Assembly (NCBI RefSeq): GCF_018350175.1
Contig: NC_058368.1
Coordinates: forward strand, 73,906,001 to 73,970,000
Direction: 5' to 3'
Origin: Felis catus
Lineage: Eukaryota
DNA length: 64,000 nucleotides
Part shown: positions 11,354-23,805 of the stretch, piece by piece
Numbering within the stretch: position 1 is the stretch's first letter
Layout of the letters: each line of letters opens with the position of its first letter
The notes under the pieces: model-generated
What the model was told of the DNA's origin: nothing
Databases searched by the model: none
The model's input: the letters and a program-made list of their open reading frames with translations, nothing else
Made by a program: the position numbers and the translations under genes

Positions 11354-14300
11354 CATACATACAACATTAATAGACTTTTCCTCTCCAAGCCTTCACTGAA
11401 GTGAAAGAACGGTACGACAAAAATGGCAGATATGGGAGTGAGGTGTGACCCAGACAAGTTTTATGAAGAAACAACTATCTTAGTGAAGGCCTCGGTTTGA
11501 ATTTTTAGTGTCCTAAGTGTTGTCCAGACTCTCAGGACTGATGTTAACCTGATTTATGAGAAACTAATGAATACACTGGAATGCAAATTCATTATTTTGC
11601 AATGGGAAGCTTTGCAAATTAATACTGTCATCCACGGTCCAGGTTTACCATTGGAAGGAGGCACACTTAAATTTAAAAAGTTAAGTGGAGATGAAATCCG
11701 GGCTAAGAAGTAGTTTTAAGCATACACTGCCTCCTGGCCAGGACACTTAATGACCCTCATCCTTAAAAATCATGCTGTCCTAACGGACAAATGGCTCGGC
11801 ACGTCTTTGCCCTATATGAAATGAAATCCGCCAAGATCTCTGAATGCCCCTGTTCTCTGTCACATGAAATAACATTTCTTCTGCTCCCATGTTCTTTCTT
11901 CTGTTGGGTTATTACCGTTACTGAAGCACTGCTTTTGACAGATTCTACTCTACAATCCATCTCTAGATGACCAGGATTCCCTGATTTTTGTTTTCCTTCT
12001 TTTTGAGATGATGCTTCCCTTATGATGACTTTACCGTATGGATACTGTCATCGGCATTTGATATTTCGGGTTCAACTTCTAGAAAGAAAAGTACCTTTCT
12101 GTTCCCAGGGGCCATTTCCTGTATTGGGTTTTTCCTTTGACCCCCTAACTGGCTATAGGGATTACATGCTCTTAATAACCTCTTTTTATCAAGCACTCAC
12201 AGCATCCTACATTCAGAGCTTCATCATATACTTATTTTCTACTTTATCAGGGAAGACTATTATTTTCCCCTGAATCTGCCTTAAGCATTCACTGGTGACC
12301 GATCCCTTATAGTTTCTCACTATATTCTTAAGATTAGTGTGAATTCTTGTCTCATTCTCCATGCCTTTTTCATCTGAGAAACTGGCCTTTTTCACCTAGG
12401 GACCTCCACTAAAAAACTTTTCCGCTTATTCCCCCAAATGTAAATCACGTCTCTTTGGACCCCTCTGACAGTTTTCACCACCTTATTTCATTCGTAATAG
12501 ATTTATGTGAATTTATATTCTCCTCAATGAAGAATCATGTCCTAAAAATCTAGCAGAAGACCAGGCAAATGGAAAAATGTGCACCACATACAAAATTTGT
12601 TGATGTTATTTCCATGTCTACCCTATAGCTCCTTTTTGGCACAAATAGTACATTTATGCCCAGAAGCATTTTACTGTACTTTGAAACAAAGAGTTTTCAC
12701 AAAAGGGAAATAATTAAAATCTGTCATCTTTTGAAATCCATCCCCTGTCTTTGTTCTCAAAGAAGGTGAGGAATGCTAATGGGTATTTTAATACCAGTAA
12801 CCTATCGACGTTGCAAATTGTTGAGCTCTTCTATCGCAGCTTGCTTAAAAATCCAAACAGTTCACAGAGACGGAGTTTTTAATGTCAGACTTAGCCGGAC
12901 CACCAGAGCTTGTGAAAAAGCGGAGACAGGGATTGGGGACAGGGTCCCTGCATCCTTTGTGCATGAGTAATGCTGCAGGAGACATCACACTTTGTGTGCT
13001 GGTGCGTAATAGTGCCTTCTGCACTGAATATATTACCACTGCAGTAAAAATGTTTCACAATATCGTAGGGTCTGAAGAAATGGAAGATGTTATACTAAAT
13101 AAGGACATTATCATTCTCATTTGGCGTATTCCAGCCTCTGAATTATACATAAATTGTTGAAAGAAAGTTTGGTTCTTGCTAAGAGACATAATAAACAACC
13201 AGGGAACAAATTCAGAGGCACCGTTTCAAAACAAAACAAAACAAAGCAAAACATGCAAAAAAACCAAAGATCCTTAAATCAGAAGTGTCTTAATTTTCAT
13301 TTCCAGTAGTTTAATATTAATTTTCCTGATCCTAATATGACTGCATTAAGGTGAACTTTAGAGTAATAAAATTAGAGAAGGGAAAATAAATGCTGGAAGT
13401 TTATAAGGAAATAGGGATTTTAATGTAACTTAGTTAAGAGCCTGTCTCTCTTTCCGTGTAATTTATAATGTTAATTTTGCAAGTGTTGATCTTTCCTTAA
13501 AAAACGTGAATTCTTGATAAAAATGAATGCTCAATTTCTGAAACATTAAAGACTATTAAACAGTTAATAGTTTCCAGGAAAAAAGTTTACGTTGTTAGAA
13601 AGAGCTATTATTTCAGAGGATAAGGAAACTTTAAATTCAGATTCACTTATGAAAGGAAAAACAAAATTGTCAATTCCCTGCATGTGATCTTGTTCCTGGA
13701 GGAAGTACTTGGACAATGGAAAGTGGGAAAGAACCAGAATCTTTGGCCTTACTCTGAGTTCCTTTGTCACAAAGCTGTGATTATTCAGTTAGTTGGAGGC
13801 AACGCCTTCAGTGAGCATGAATCTTTCTCCGGTTAACGACTTCTAAACACTTGGGGAGTTAACAGGGAGCAGATGAAATGAATATTTCTGGAGCTGGTCA
13901 TCAGCATGTTGATTCTGGTTCTTCTGGATCTGAGGGTCTATGGTTCAAATCCCAGCAGGAGTGAATTTCTCAAGCAAAGGAAAGGCATTTATTGGACTGG
14001 TAACTAGCGTGGTGTGAATTACTAGTGTGCTCCAGGGGATTCATAAACCCACGTTGAGAACCAGTGGTATGAGCCCGAGCACTGGGCTCCAGGGACACTT
14101 TGTTCGTGGAGCACACCCTGCAGCTGCTGTCGCATAATCAGAACCAGAACCTACCTGTGCCTCCCAACAGGCTTTCGTGAGACCAAGTTATGGACAGTTC
14201 CCCTTGTTGAGCTACCTCTGCTCCCCATGTCCTTGGACATTCAGAGGTGTCCTCAAAAGGAAAACTTGGTGCGTGCTGGCGTTTTGTATTGGGTGACGGG

Positions 14301-14446
14301 TTCCCTCTCTCTCTATCTCTTTTTCTCTCTCTCTCCTTTTTTTCCCACTTCCCCCCCCACCCCCCACCACTCTGTTTCTCTCTGAGTCTTCTCGCTTTTG
14401 CCCTCACTGTACGCCCTTAGGCTTTTTTGTTTAAAGTATTTGTACA

Positions 14447-14647
14447 GGGGCACTTGGGTGCTCAGTTGGTTAAGCATGGGACTTTTGCTTAGGTCGTGAT
14501 CTCACCGTTCATGGGTTCGAGCCCCACGTTGGGCTTTCCACTGATAGGGCAGAGCCTGTTTTGGATCCTCTGTCCCCCTCTCTCTGTGCCTCTCCTCTGC
14601 TTGCACTCTCTCTCTCTCTCAAAAATAAATAAATATTATAAAAAAAA
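14447..14647 (+). mobile_element. Can-SINE (older felid/carnivore subfamily)
   Basis: tRNA-like head, B-box gggttcgagccc, (CT)n linker, A-tail; TSD taaagtatt(t/c)gtaca at 14432-14446 and 14648-14662. Confidence 0.95.
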
Positions 14648-15458
14648 TAAAGTATTCGTACAAAGACTTTTCTCTGCATCAGAATGAATCTCAAGTGCTC
14701 AAATGTGACTTAGCCCAACCCTGTACTTGATAAATGAATCACCTCTACTTTATCCTTGTTTATCCGTCTTCTCTTTCAATGCTTTCGGAAATGGGGATGT
14801 ATTATTTCATAAAAGCCTGCTTTGTCCCCCTCGTATTTATTCTCATATTCTGGCTTCTTCTTTTTTTTTCCTATATATTTTGTACAAAAGCCTGTGCTGG
14901 AACCATATGCGGTTCTTTCTGTGTCTAAGCTTTTTCCTCCCATCTCCCGTCACCCTCAAGATGGGTCACTCTGTAGGTTACCAAGGTTCCCCTTGTTATT
15001 TTCCTCTTCAGCCAGTCTCTGAAACTCATTTTAACTCTTTATTTTAAAGCTATCTATTTCCCTCTTTAGTCCTTCCAACTAATGCTGATGTTGCTTTTCA
15101 GGAATTTTGATTCTTGAGGGTCTAAATAAAATAAATGAAAATAAAACCTTTCAAATTCATTTTGTGTTCTCTTAAAAAGTAACCCATTTATTTAATAATA
15201 CTTTCCTCTGCTCTTGAATGGTTCTGATATTGGAAACACTTCTTTGAGATAGTAGGAGACCCTTGTATACATTCATAAAATACTTAGTATAAATATATTC
15301 AAGCTACAAACATCTCTGCAAATTCCCTTCCTGCACCTACCCATTCATTCACTCATTCATTCTCCAAAAACTTACTGGTATCTTTTTAACCAGAGGAATA
15401 AGCACTCATAGTCCCAAAAAGCTACTTTCCAGTGTGGAAAAACCAGAGCTCATGCTTT

Positions 15459-15662
15459 AAAAAAGGTTTCATTTATTTATTTTGAGGAGAGAGCAAACAG
15501 AGGAGGGGCAGAGAGAGAGAGAGGGGGAGAGAGAGAGAATCCCAAGCAGGCTCGGGTCAGAGCTGAGGCAGAAGCAGGGCTCAAACTCACAAACCGTGAG
15601 ATCGTGACCCGAGGCAAAACCAGGAGTCAGGTGCTTACCAGACTGAGCCACCCAGGTGCCCC
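15459..15662 (-). mobile_element. Can-SINE
   Basis: Ends ctgagccacccaggtgcccc; TSD agagctcatgcttt / agggctcatgtttt. Confidence 0.93.
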
Positions 15663-16432
15663 AGGGCTCATGTTTTGAATCCTGAGTAGGTTTAATATCT
15701 TGCACATTAAACTGTAAACCGTAAAATAGAGAATATTTTTCATCCATGTTTGCAGCCTGCAGCATCTAATGCTGTAGCTGACACCAGTAAGCAATTGTTG
15801 AATATGAATGACTGAAATCATAGTCTTTAAAATGTACTTGATTAAATGACCTGAATCACTCTTGTGTGGCTAAGGACTAAGATGATAGCTAAATGGAAGT
15901 GCTGATGACAAATATCAGTTAGTTTGGGAAATTTGGTGTCTGGTAATGTTCTAAATGGGCCAAGAGCCAACAAATCATATTCTCTTCCTCTCGGATTCCC
16001 CTCCAACCAATGTGACACTAGCTTTTGTTTCTTTTTTTGGGGGGGGGCAGGAGTGTAGGTTGGGTGAACATTTATTAATGCTTCGGAGTGAGGGTGAGAA
16101 TAAAGCACCCAAGCTCCTGCTGGAGTTGCCACAGAGAGCCACCAAGTGCTTCAGAGAGAGGCAGAGCCTGAAATGATTTTTGCCGTCCTGAATGACATTT
16201 GAAATCTAAAGTACTCAGAGCATAACAGTGACCTTTAGAGCCCGTGGGAGAGAAAGGTGAGAGGGAAGATGGGGCTGGTTGGGTACTTGGGAGGGAGGAG
16301 GAGATCTCATAAGAATTTTTTGTTTGGGGATTATTTTAAGTAATGTCTTCCCGTCAAGGTTTTCAGAAAAGTTTACATGTGTATCTCTTTGCTGAGAAGG
16401 CTAGGTAGAAGGAGATTATATAAAACTCATAT

Positions 16433-16472
16433 AATTATATTATATTATATTATATTATATTATATTATATTT
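16433..16472. repeat. (ATTAT)n pentanucleotide microsatellite
   Basis: attatattatattat... read directly. Confidence 0.9.
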
Positions 16473-16767
16473 ATTTCATTATATTAATTACACATTCAAA
16501 CCTCAAGATAAACATATGCACAGACGTGGGTTGAGGTTGCCTTTAGTAGGGACAGCTATATCTTTATAAAATTATGTGCTTGTGCATATATACACACATC
16601 GTCCTATATCCTATATATGTAAAAGTAATATTCAGGCACTTTCAAACTATGAAAAGTATTATAAAGAAAAAGATAAATATAATCCATAACCCTACCACAT
16701 AGCGATTATCACTATTAATGTATTAGTACATTTCATCGATAATATGCATTGGGAGATAGTATGACAT

Positions 16768-16945
16768 GTTGGTCTGACTCTTGATTTCAGTTCAGGTCAT
16801 GATCTCATGGTTTGTGAGATCAAGCTCCATGTCAGGCTCTGCGCTGACAGTGAGAAGCCCGGTTGGGATTCTCTCTCTCTCTCTCTGTCCCTCCCACAGC
16901 TCGTGGTCTCTCTCTCTCTCTGAAAAAAAAAATTAATTTAAAACA
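16768..16945 (+). mobile_element. Can-SINE, 5'-truncated
   Basis: ctgactcttgatttcagttcaggtcatgatctc...(CT)n...A-tail; the ggggcacc head is missing. Confidence 0.88.
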
Positions 16946-17069
16946 ATCTATAAAAAGATTAAAAAGAAAGTATAGAATCTCTCATCTTAGTTCTGTCAAA
17001 AGCCATAGGTATTAACTGATATATATTAATGTTTTCTATATTTATTTAAAGTTGTGTAGCTAATATCAA

Positions 17070-17557
17070 TGAGCTACTGTTTATTGAGTGCTTACTTTAC
17101 GTCAGGCACTGTTCTAAGCATTTTAAAGATATTTCATTTAAGCTTTTCAAGAACCACACTTTGGGGAGCCTGGGTGGCTCTGTTGGTTGAGCTCAGGTCA
17201 TTATCTCACAGTTTGTGGGTTCGAGCCCCGCATCGGGCTCTGTGCTGACAGCTCAGAGCCTGGAGCCTGCTTCAGATTCTGTGTCTCCTTCTCTCTCTGC
17301 CCCTCCCCTGCTTGCGCTGTCTCTCTCTCTCTCTCTCTCTCTCTCAGAAATAAACATTAAAAAAGAATTAAGCTTCCCAAGAACCCTATAAAGTAAGTGC
17401 TATTGTTAGCTTTTATTATTATCATTCCATAGATGAGTAAATTGAGCACAAAGAAATTAAGTAAAATGTCAAAAGTCAAGTTCAAAACATAAAAGTGATG
17501 GAACCCAGGACTTGAACTGAGGCAGTTCTTGACTCAGGAGCTCATGCTCATAACCAC
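17070..17557 (-). mobile_element. MIR SINE interrupted by a Can-SINE
   Basis: tttattgagtgcttact...caggcactgttctaagc...[SINE]...agatgagtaaattgagcacaaaga...ggacttgaactgaggcag. Confidence 0.75.
17163..17367 (+). mobile_element. Can-SINE (SINEC_Fc-type) with short internal deletion
   Basis: Head, B-box, gctcagagcctggagcctgc block, (CT)n, tail; flanking duplication ttaagctt(tt/cc)caagaacc. Confidence 0.95.
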
Positions 17558-17698
17558 AACGGAAACACATAGATGTAAAAACAAAAAATGTAGAAAACAT
17601 ACACACCTGTTATTTTCGGGCATATCAGCAATGTAGTTTGAAGAGATGGCCTTGTTAAGTAGAGAGAGTACTAGGCTACAAATCAGGAGACAGGTCTA

Positions 17699-17908
17699 CA
17701 GTGGTGCACAGTTCTTTTGCACGAGAGAGACAATTGTTAAATACTTGGGAAATTTATAAGCTGGTTGTTAAATCATTGGTAGTTTGGAATTGGCCATATT
17801 GGACCATGGGTATTGAAAAACGTGACTTTCTTTTTTCTTCTCTTTTTCTTTTTCTTTTCTTTCTTTCTTTTCTTTTTTTTTTTTAGAGTCGTTTTACCAA
17901 CCGCTATG
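17699..17908 (+). mobile_element. hAT-Blackjack DNA transposon (MER63A-like), nested in a MIR
   Basis: cagtggtg...attgttaaat...gctggttgttaaatcattggtagtttggaattggccat...T-rich...agagtcgttttacca matches recalled MER63 layout. Confidence 0.65.
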
Positions 17909-18516
17909 CCTGCATTTTCAGTTCTGCCACTAAGTGGCAGTTGGAGTGGATTTCTGGGGAATTGTGCAATGGCTCTGAAGCCTGACTTTCTTATCTGTAG
18001 GATGGTAATAACGCTTGTCCTTGTTATAAAGTCTACAGTGTCTGGGAAACATTTTATAACATTTTGTTCTTTACATGTAACTGTATAAAAAGTGAAACCC
18101 TATGTAATTATTATTTTTTGACATTCAATCATTTGTTATCCTAGAAAAGTATATTTACCGCAAAAGTTAATAAAAAGCAATAATTTTGTTACAATTTGGA
18201 ATACTAATTCTATTTGTAGTTTCAATGACTCATGGAGATTATATCACTCTTTTCCCCATTCAGAGGAAAACATATATACAATAAAAATAGAATTAAATAC
18301 AAAAGGGAAATTTGGAACCACAGAGCATAAAGGAAAATTCCTTCTTTTAATTATAATATGGTTTTTAATGTTCTTACTTGACACATATGTAAAAATATAT
18401 AAGCCAAGTTCTTGATTTTCTCCATGGGTTTCGAATAGGTGATTTACAAAGATAGTTTATGTTGTGGTTAGTAAGGCATTGGGTGAATTAGAGGTAAGTA
18501 AACAATACAGCTGTCT

Positions 18517-18721
18517 GGGGCTCCTGGTGGCTCGGTTGTTTAAGCATATGGCTTCAGGTCATGATCTCTTGGTTCGTGAGTTCGAGCCCCACACTGGGCT
18601 CTGTGCTGACAGCATGGAGTCTACGGGATTCTCTCTCTCTCCCTCTTTCTCTGCCCCTCCCCCACTTGTGCTCTCTCTCTTTCTCTCTCAAAATCAATAC
18701 ACAAAACCTTTAAAAAACTGC
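18517..18721 (+). mobile_element. Can-SINE (older subfamily)
   Basis: Head, gagttcgagccc, (CT)n, tail; degenerate TSD aacaataca...tgt. Confidence 0.9.
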
Positions 18722-18789
18722 AACAATACAAGTGTTTAACCCAGAAGTCAAAACTATTAATGCTTCTAAAGATAAGAAAAATAGTGATC

Positions 18790-18960
18790 ATTATGTGTGG
18801 GGGTATTTCTATGTGCAGGACACCTGGCTACCTGTTATATATTTTCTCAAAAATCTCAAGCCACGGCCCTTGATTACTATTATTATTTCTAATTTACAGT
18901 TGAACAAGTTGAGTCTTAGATGAAATATCTTATCCAAGATCACATAACTAGAGCACGTGA
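18790..18960 (-). mobile_element. MIR SINE
   Basis: aatttacagttgaacaagttgagtcttaga...tccaagatcacataacta. Confidence 0.55.
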
Positions 18961-20405
18961 GGTTTTTGTATACTCATACAGTTTGGAATCTAACGTTGGT
19001 AGACAAGAAATTAAAAAGAAAATATGAAGTAAATGGCACAATATAGAGAGCACACAAATAAGATTTGAATTATTCATGGCAATAAAAAGGACACTTTCAC
19101 TCTTAACTTGAATAGCTAAAAGGGATATTTCCCATTTTCTAGAAAGAGTAAAACTTTTTAAGGGCTTGTAGGCATAATTTATGTCTTGGGAAAATCAAAT
19201 CCTCCCACGGAAAGGTTTCCAAATTTGAATGTACTGTAATTAATAACAATGTTGATGAAGTTTTCCTATGTGTCTTCCGGCACCAAATAATATACTAATG
19301 CATCATCCAAAACTTTTAGAGAAGAAAACCTTAATTTTTTTATCAATTCATTTTTGGAGGAAACAGATTTTTCTGCTTCACGAAAAATCCTCAACTCACT
19401 GCCCCAGTCTGCATGTTCTAATGGAAGGGTGCAAAACTCAGTGTCATTAATGAAAATACACTTGAATTGAGGACTTAAAAAAAACAAAAAACAACAAAGC
19501 AACTCTTTATAATGCTTTGACATGCCTTTTCTCACTTAAATGATTGTGTAGAAGCTGCTGAAATTCTTTTCTTTTTCCCCCAGTCTGTTCCTCCACATGA
19601 TGACCATCAGTGGTCATTATATTGACTGTAGCCATTGGTCAGTTATACATTCCAGAAATGGAAGTCTCCTTACTAAAATTAAATCACCCACTCAAAGAGT
19701 TTCTTCTGCTTAGCTTCTCTGAAAGTAAAGAATTTGGGATCAATTGTGTACAAATACCTAGTTGATATGAATAGCGAATTCAAAATTGGTACACATTGTT
19801 GGAGGCGCCATGTTTTCTCATTCAGGTAAGGGATTTAGGGCCCCATATTCAATGCCCACCTCCTCTCTGAGAGTGTGAAAGCTTGCTTGTTGTTTTGTTT
19901 TATTTATGCAGTGTTCTTTTAATTTTAGTGTTTGTGAAGTTAATTTCAGTGCTGTTTTTCTTGTTGCTGTGAATTAAGTTGCTAAAAGTAAGAGGAGTGT
20001 AATCCTCAGCACAGAGAAGGGATATTATATGCTTACTTGGAACTTATTATAAAAGACCACACTATCGGGCAGGGCAGATGGTCCCACTGGAAATCAAAAG
20101 AATGATGAGTATGCTAACCGTGTCACATACATTATTCCTTTCAAGAACTCCATATGATGTGCACCTCTGCCCACCTTTTTATGGAGCTCATAGAAAGTAA
20201 GCAACCTACCCATTTCACAGAAATCACCCACGGCAGAGCTAGAGTTCCAATCTAGGATTTGTCTTACTCTAGATCAGGGGTTCTTAACCTGGATCTACAG
20301 GTCCTCAAAGAATTGTGGGAAGAAGTTAGGAATTCCATGAACTTGGGTGGGAAAAACATTTGAATGTTTATTTTCATTCACTTCTGACTGAAATTGAACA
20401 TTTTC

Positions 20406-21165
20406 CTTTTTTTTTTAATGGTTTCAGGATTAGAATTTAGCGATTTATTGCTTACATATAACACCCAGTGCTCATCCCAGCAAGTGCTCTCTTTAATGCC
20501 CATCACTGATTTAACCCATCCCCCCACCCAACACCTATCCAACAACCTTCAGTTTGTTCTCTGTATTTAAGAATCTCTTATGGTTTACCTCCCTCTCTGT
20601 TTTTATCTTATTTTTCCTTCCATTCCCCGATGCTCATCTGTTTTGTTTCTCAAATTCCACACATGAGTGAAATCATATGATATTTAACTTTCTTTGACTG
20701 ACTTATTTTGCTTAGCATAATACACTCTAGTTCCATCCACGTTGTTGCAAATGGCGAGATTTCATTCTTTTGGATTGCCGAGGAATATTCCATTGCGTAT
20801 ATACACCACATCTTCTTTACCCATTTGTCAGCCAATGGACATTTGGGCTCGTTCCATAATTTAGCTATTGTTGATAGTGCTGTTGTAAACATTGGGGTGC
20901 ATGTGTCCCTTCGAATCAACATCTTTGTATCCTTTGGATAAATACCTAGTAGTGCAATTGCTGGGTCATAGGGTAGATCTATTTTTAATTTTTTGAACAA
21001 CCTCCGTCCTGTTTTCCGGAGTGGCTGCACCAGTTGACATTCCCACTAGTACTACAAAAGTGTCCCCCTTTCTCTGCATCCTTGCCAACATCTGTCGTTT
21101 CCTGAGTTGTTAATTTTAGCCATTCTGACAGGTGTGAGGTGGTATCTCATTGTGGTTTTGATTTG
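20406..21165 (-). mobile_element. Carnivore L1, 5'-truncated (~760 bp: end of ORF2, 3' UTR, poly-A)
   Basis: ORF2 C-terminal peptide, carnivore-type 3' UTR, T-tract at left end, TSD acattttc at 20398-20405 and 21166-21173. Confidence 0.95.
20650..21030 (-). pseudogene. L1 ORF2p C-terminal fragment
   Basis: LPYDPAIALLGIYPKD...CTPMF...AKLWNEPKCP...WVKKMWCIY.MEY...WMELE.IMLS.ISQ...KYHMISL is the canonical L1 ORF2 C-terminus; no EN or RT domain, so non-functional. Confidence 0.93.
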
Positions 21166-22559
21166 ACATTTTCTTTAATTATGAATGCAGACAACCACAG
21201 GATTATCCACAGTATCTGTGGACCGTATCGCCAACAAAAAATACAGATGTTTTTCTATCGCAATTCAGTTGTTTCAGGCTTGAACTATTATTTACTTATT
21301 ATTGAGAAATCATAGTAGTTTATTTTAATATACTGATTAAGCACATTTTTATGTAATTTGTTTCCTTGGTAGTTCTCAGTGTTTTATTTTTTTATATTTT
21401 ATACTTATTTTATACATATACTTATGTACTACATTTATATTTATGTTAAATGTTTTTGTTTATTTTGTATATATGCATATTTTACCCACTTTAAGCATTA
21501 TTATGAAATTAGTTCATTGGATCGCCAGAAGGATCCATGGCCAACACCCCTGAAGTCCTGTTCGGAATCTTTGCTTCTTGTTTATCACAATCTTGTGTCT
21601 TTTTGTTCTTATGCCATACCTAGATGTAGAGCTGGGGAGAGAAATTTAATGATTCACACAACTCAGCTACAGCACTATTCAGTTTAACAGCAGAAAAAGA
21701 AAGAGCAAATGAAATATCTATAACATTTAATGCATCTAAATACATGGGTATCTGCAGAACATGGAAAGGGATTATGTCTCCATCTCCTACTAATCAAAAT
21801 ATCCAGATACCCATTCATTTTTCACAGGCCACGGCCAATTGGCTGAAAGTTCTTTCTTTTACCTCTGGTTTTGAGTTGTGTTCAAATTATTAATGGTGCT
21901 TAGTTTCAGTTGATTCCTGTATATAAACATCCCAGGCAGCCTTCCAATCCTGCTGACCCTGTACTTGGGTCTGGGCTTTCTCATCTAAGTTGAGTTACCA
22001 GGCAGAAAACAAATTGCATACCCCAGAAACCAGCCGGTCTTTGCTAAAGTCACATTCATTTCAGTTAGTGCATGAATCTATTTTCTTCTATCGATAGTTT
22101 TTATTTTACTTACTTACTGGATGAACATCAATGAGCAGTTCATTCAATAAACCCACTAAATGCCAGGCATTCTTTTAGCCACTGGAGACAGAGAGAAGAT
22201 GCCCCAAAGGAGATTTTGAGAATTTTTTCTTTATTCAGGAGTGTTACTGTGCCCAGATTCTGAAATGTTCCCACAGACACCACGGGCCTAAGAAACCTCA
22301 GAAGCTTGAATCATCCTTGACGCTTGCCCAGGAAGGTGTCAATATTTTAATATTCCATCAAAGTGATTCTGTACCAAGGTTAATGGATTAATGTTTAAGT
22401 CTGCTTCAGGGCCAACTTAGCCCAACTGGCTTGACAGAAAATAGAGTTGTCTCGTCTCCGAAAAGTATAGACCTGGACAGTGAAAGGGTATATGTGCCCT
22501 TTATTTTCTTTCTAGGTGACTAACAGAATTGGAGGCAGGTGTGTGCATCTTGAAAGATG

Positions 22560-22760
22560 TCATTGCATCGGGGTCAAGTGCCAGACTCTGAGAAGGGAAG
22601 GGCATGCAGGCTGGCCAGGGGGTGTGATTCCCAATCTGTCTCTGACCACTTTTGTGACCTTGAGAAAGTCAATTAACGTCTTTACCTCTGAGAACTCAGT
22701 TTTACAATGATGAGATTGAACGGACTATGAATTTCAAATGTGTCTTCCAGCTCTAAAATT
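22560..22760 (+). mobile_element. MIR (MIR3/MIRc-like)
   Basis: ttgtgaccttgagaaagtcaattaac...ctctgagaactcagttt...gtcttccagctctaaaatt. Confidence 0.6.
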
Positions 22761-23805
22761 GTATTTATGTGTTTGAGACATCACAAACATAGTCAGGCCC
22801 TAAACTTACTTTTTATTGATGTTGAGAAGATAAAGCTTCATTTCACAATATCTGTTCCATGGAGCATCATTTTTGACATTTACATCATAATTGAAAGGTG
22901 GGGGCTAAAAATTTCCTGTTAAAATAAGAGGATTGGTTAATTCCGACAAATCAAAAATGTTATGCACCATATGATTTACATTATAGATCAACATTTTAGT
23001 CAAGCTCGACAGGATGTCATGAAAATTTGCTCAATTTTCTACAGTATACTTAATATAACACACATATTTCTAAATACATGTCTTTTAAAATAATTATTGT
23101 GTTAAATATTAATAATAGGAGTGAAGGCCTTTGTGTTGATTCTGTAGTTTGACATGACACACGGTTTTAGACATGTACAATAGTAAATGTTAGATTTTCT
23201 GCATTGTTGAGTAATGGATAGATTCTTTCCCACAATCATTTGTTAGAATACTGTGTTAGTATCTACCACCAAGATTAGTAAATGGTATTACATGAAACAA
23301 AGTGAAAATGAATGGTCTTGATATAAATTAAACATTGAAGCTCCAATTTGTTGACAAGACTGCTTTTACCACAGTCTTTTCTGGAATGTCACTGAGAAAA
23401 GTTGTTGGAAAGGCAGTGCATGAACTTTCTGTCTGCGCATTTGCCCAGAGGCCTTGGTGATATAAATCTAAAGAAATAAATGCATGTGTGAAAGTTGTAC
23501 TGTCACTCTTGGATAAAGTCTATAAATGGGGTCTGTTGGTAGACAGTAATTCAATACAAAGTAGCATTATCCGGCAAAAATACCTTTGTATAACATGATG
23601 GCACACATGATTTGGGTTTGTTTTCTAACCAAATGTCATTTATGTTCATTACTGCCATGATTGAGAGGGTATATCAAAAGTCTTAAAACACTTTTTTTTC
23701 CAATGTAAAATTTGGAACAATGATAATTCTAGCCCATTCCTTCCTGGATGCACTATCTATGTCAAAACTTAAATTTTATAAACTTTGTCTTGACTTTTCT
23801 TTTTC

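Larger units (their letters stand above)
20275..21552 (+). mobile_element. hAT-Charlie DNA transposon (Charlie4a-like), split by an L1
   Basis: Left TIR caggggttcttaacc, internal catgaacttgggtgggaaaa...aattatgaatgcagacaaccacag, right end ggatccatggc...acccctg. Confidence 0.7.

Noticed and set aside
14447..14530. tRNA-like A/B boxes
   Set aside because: tRNA-derived SINE heads, not tRNA genes
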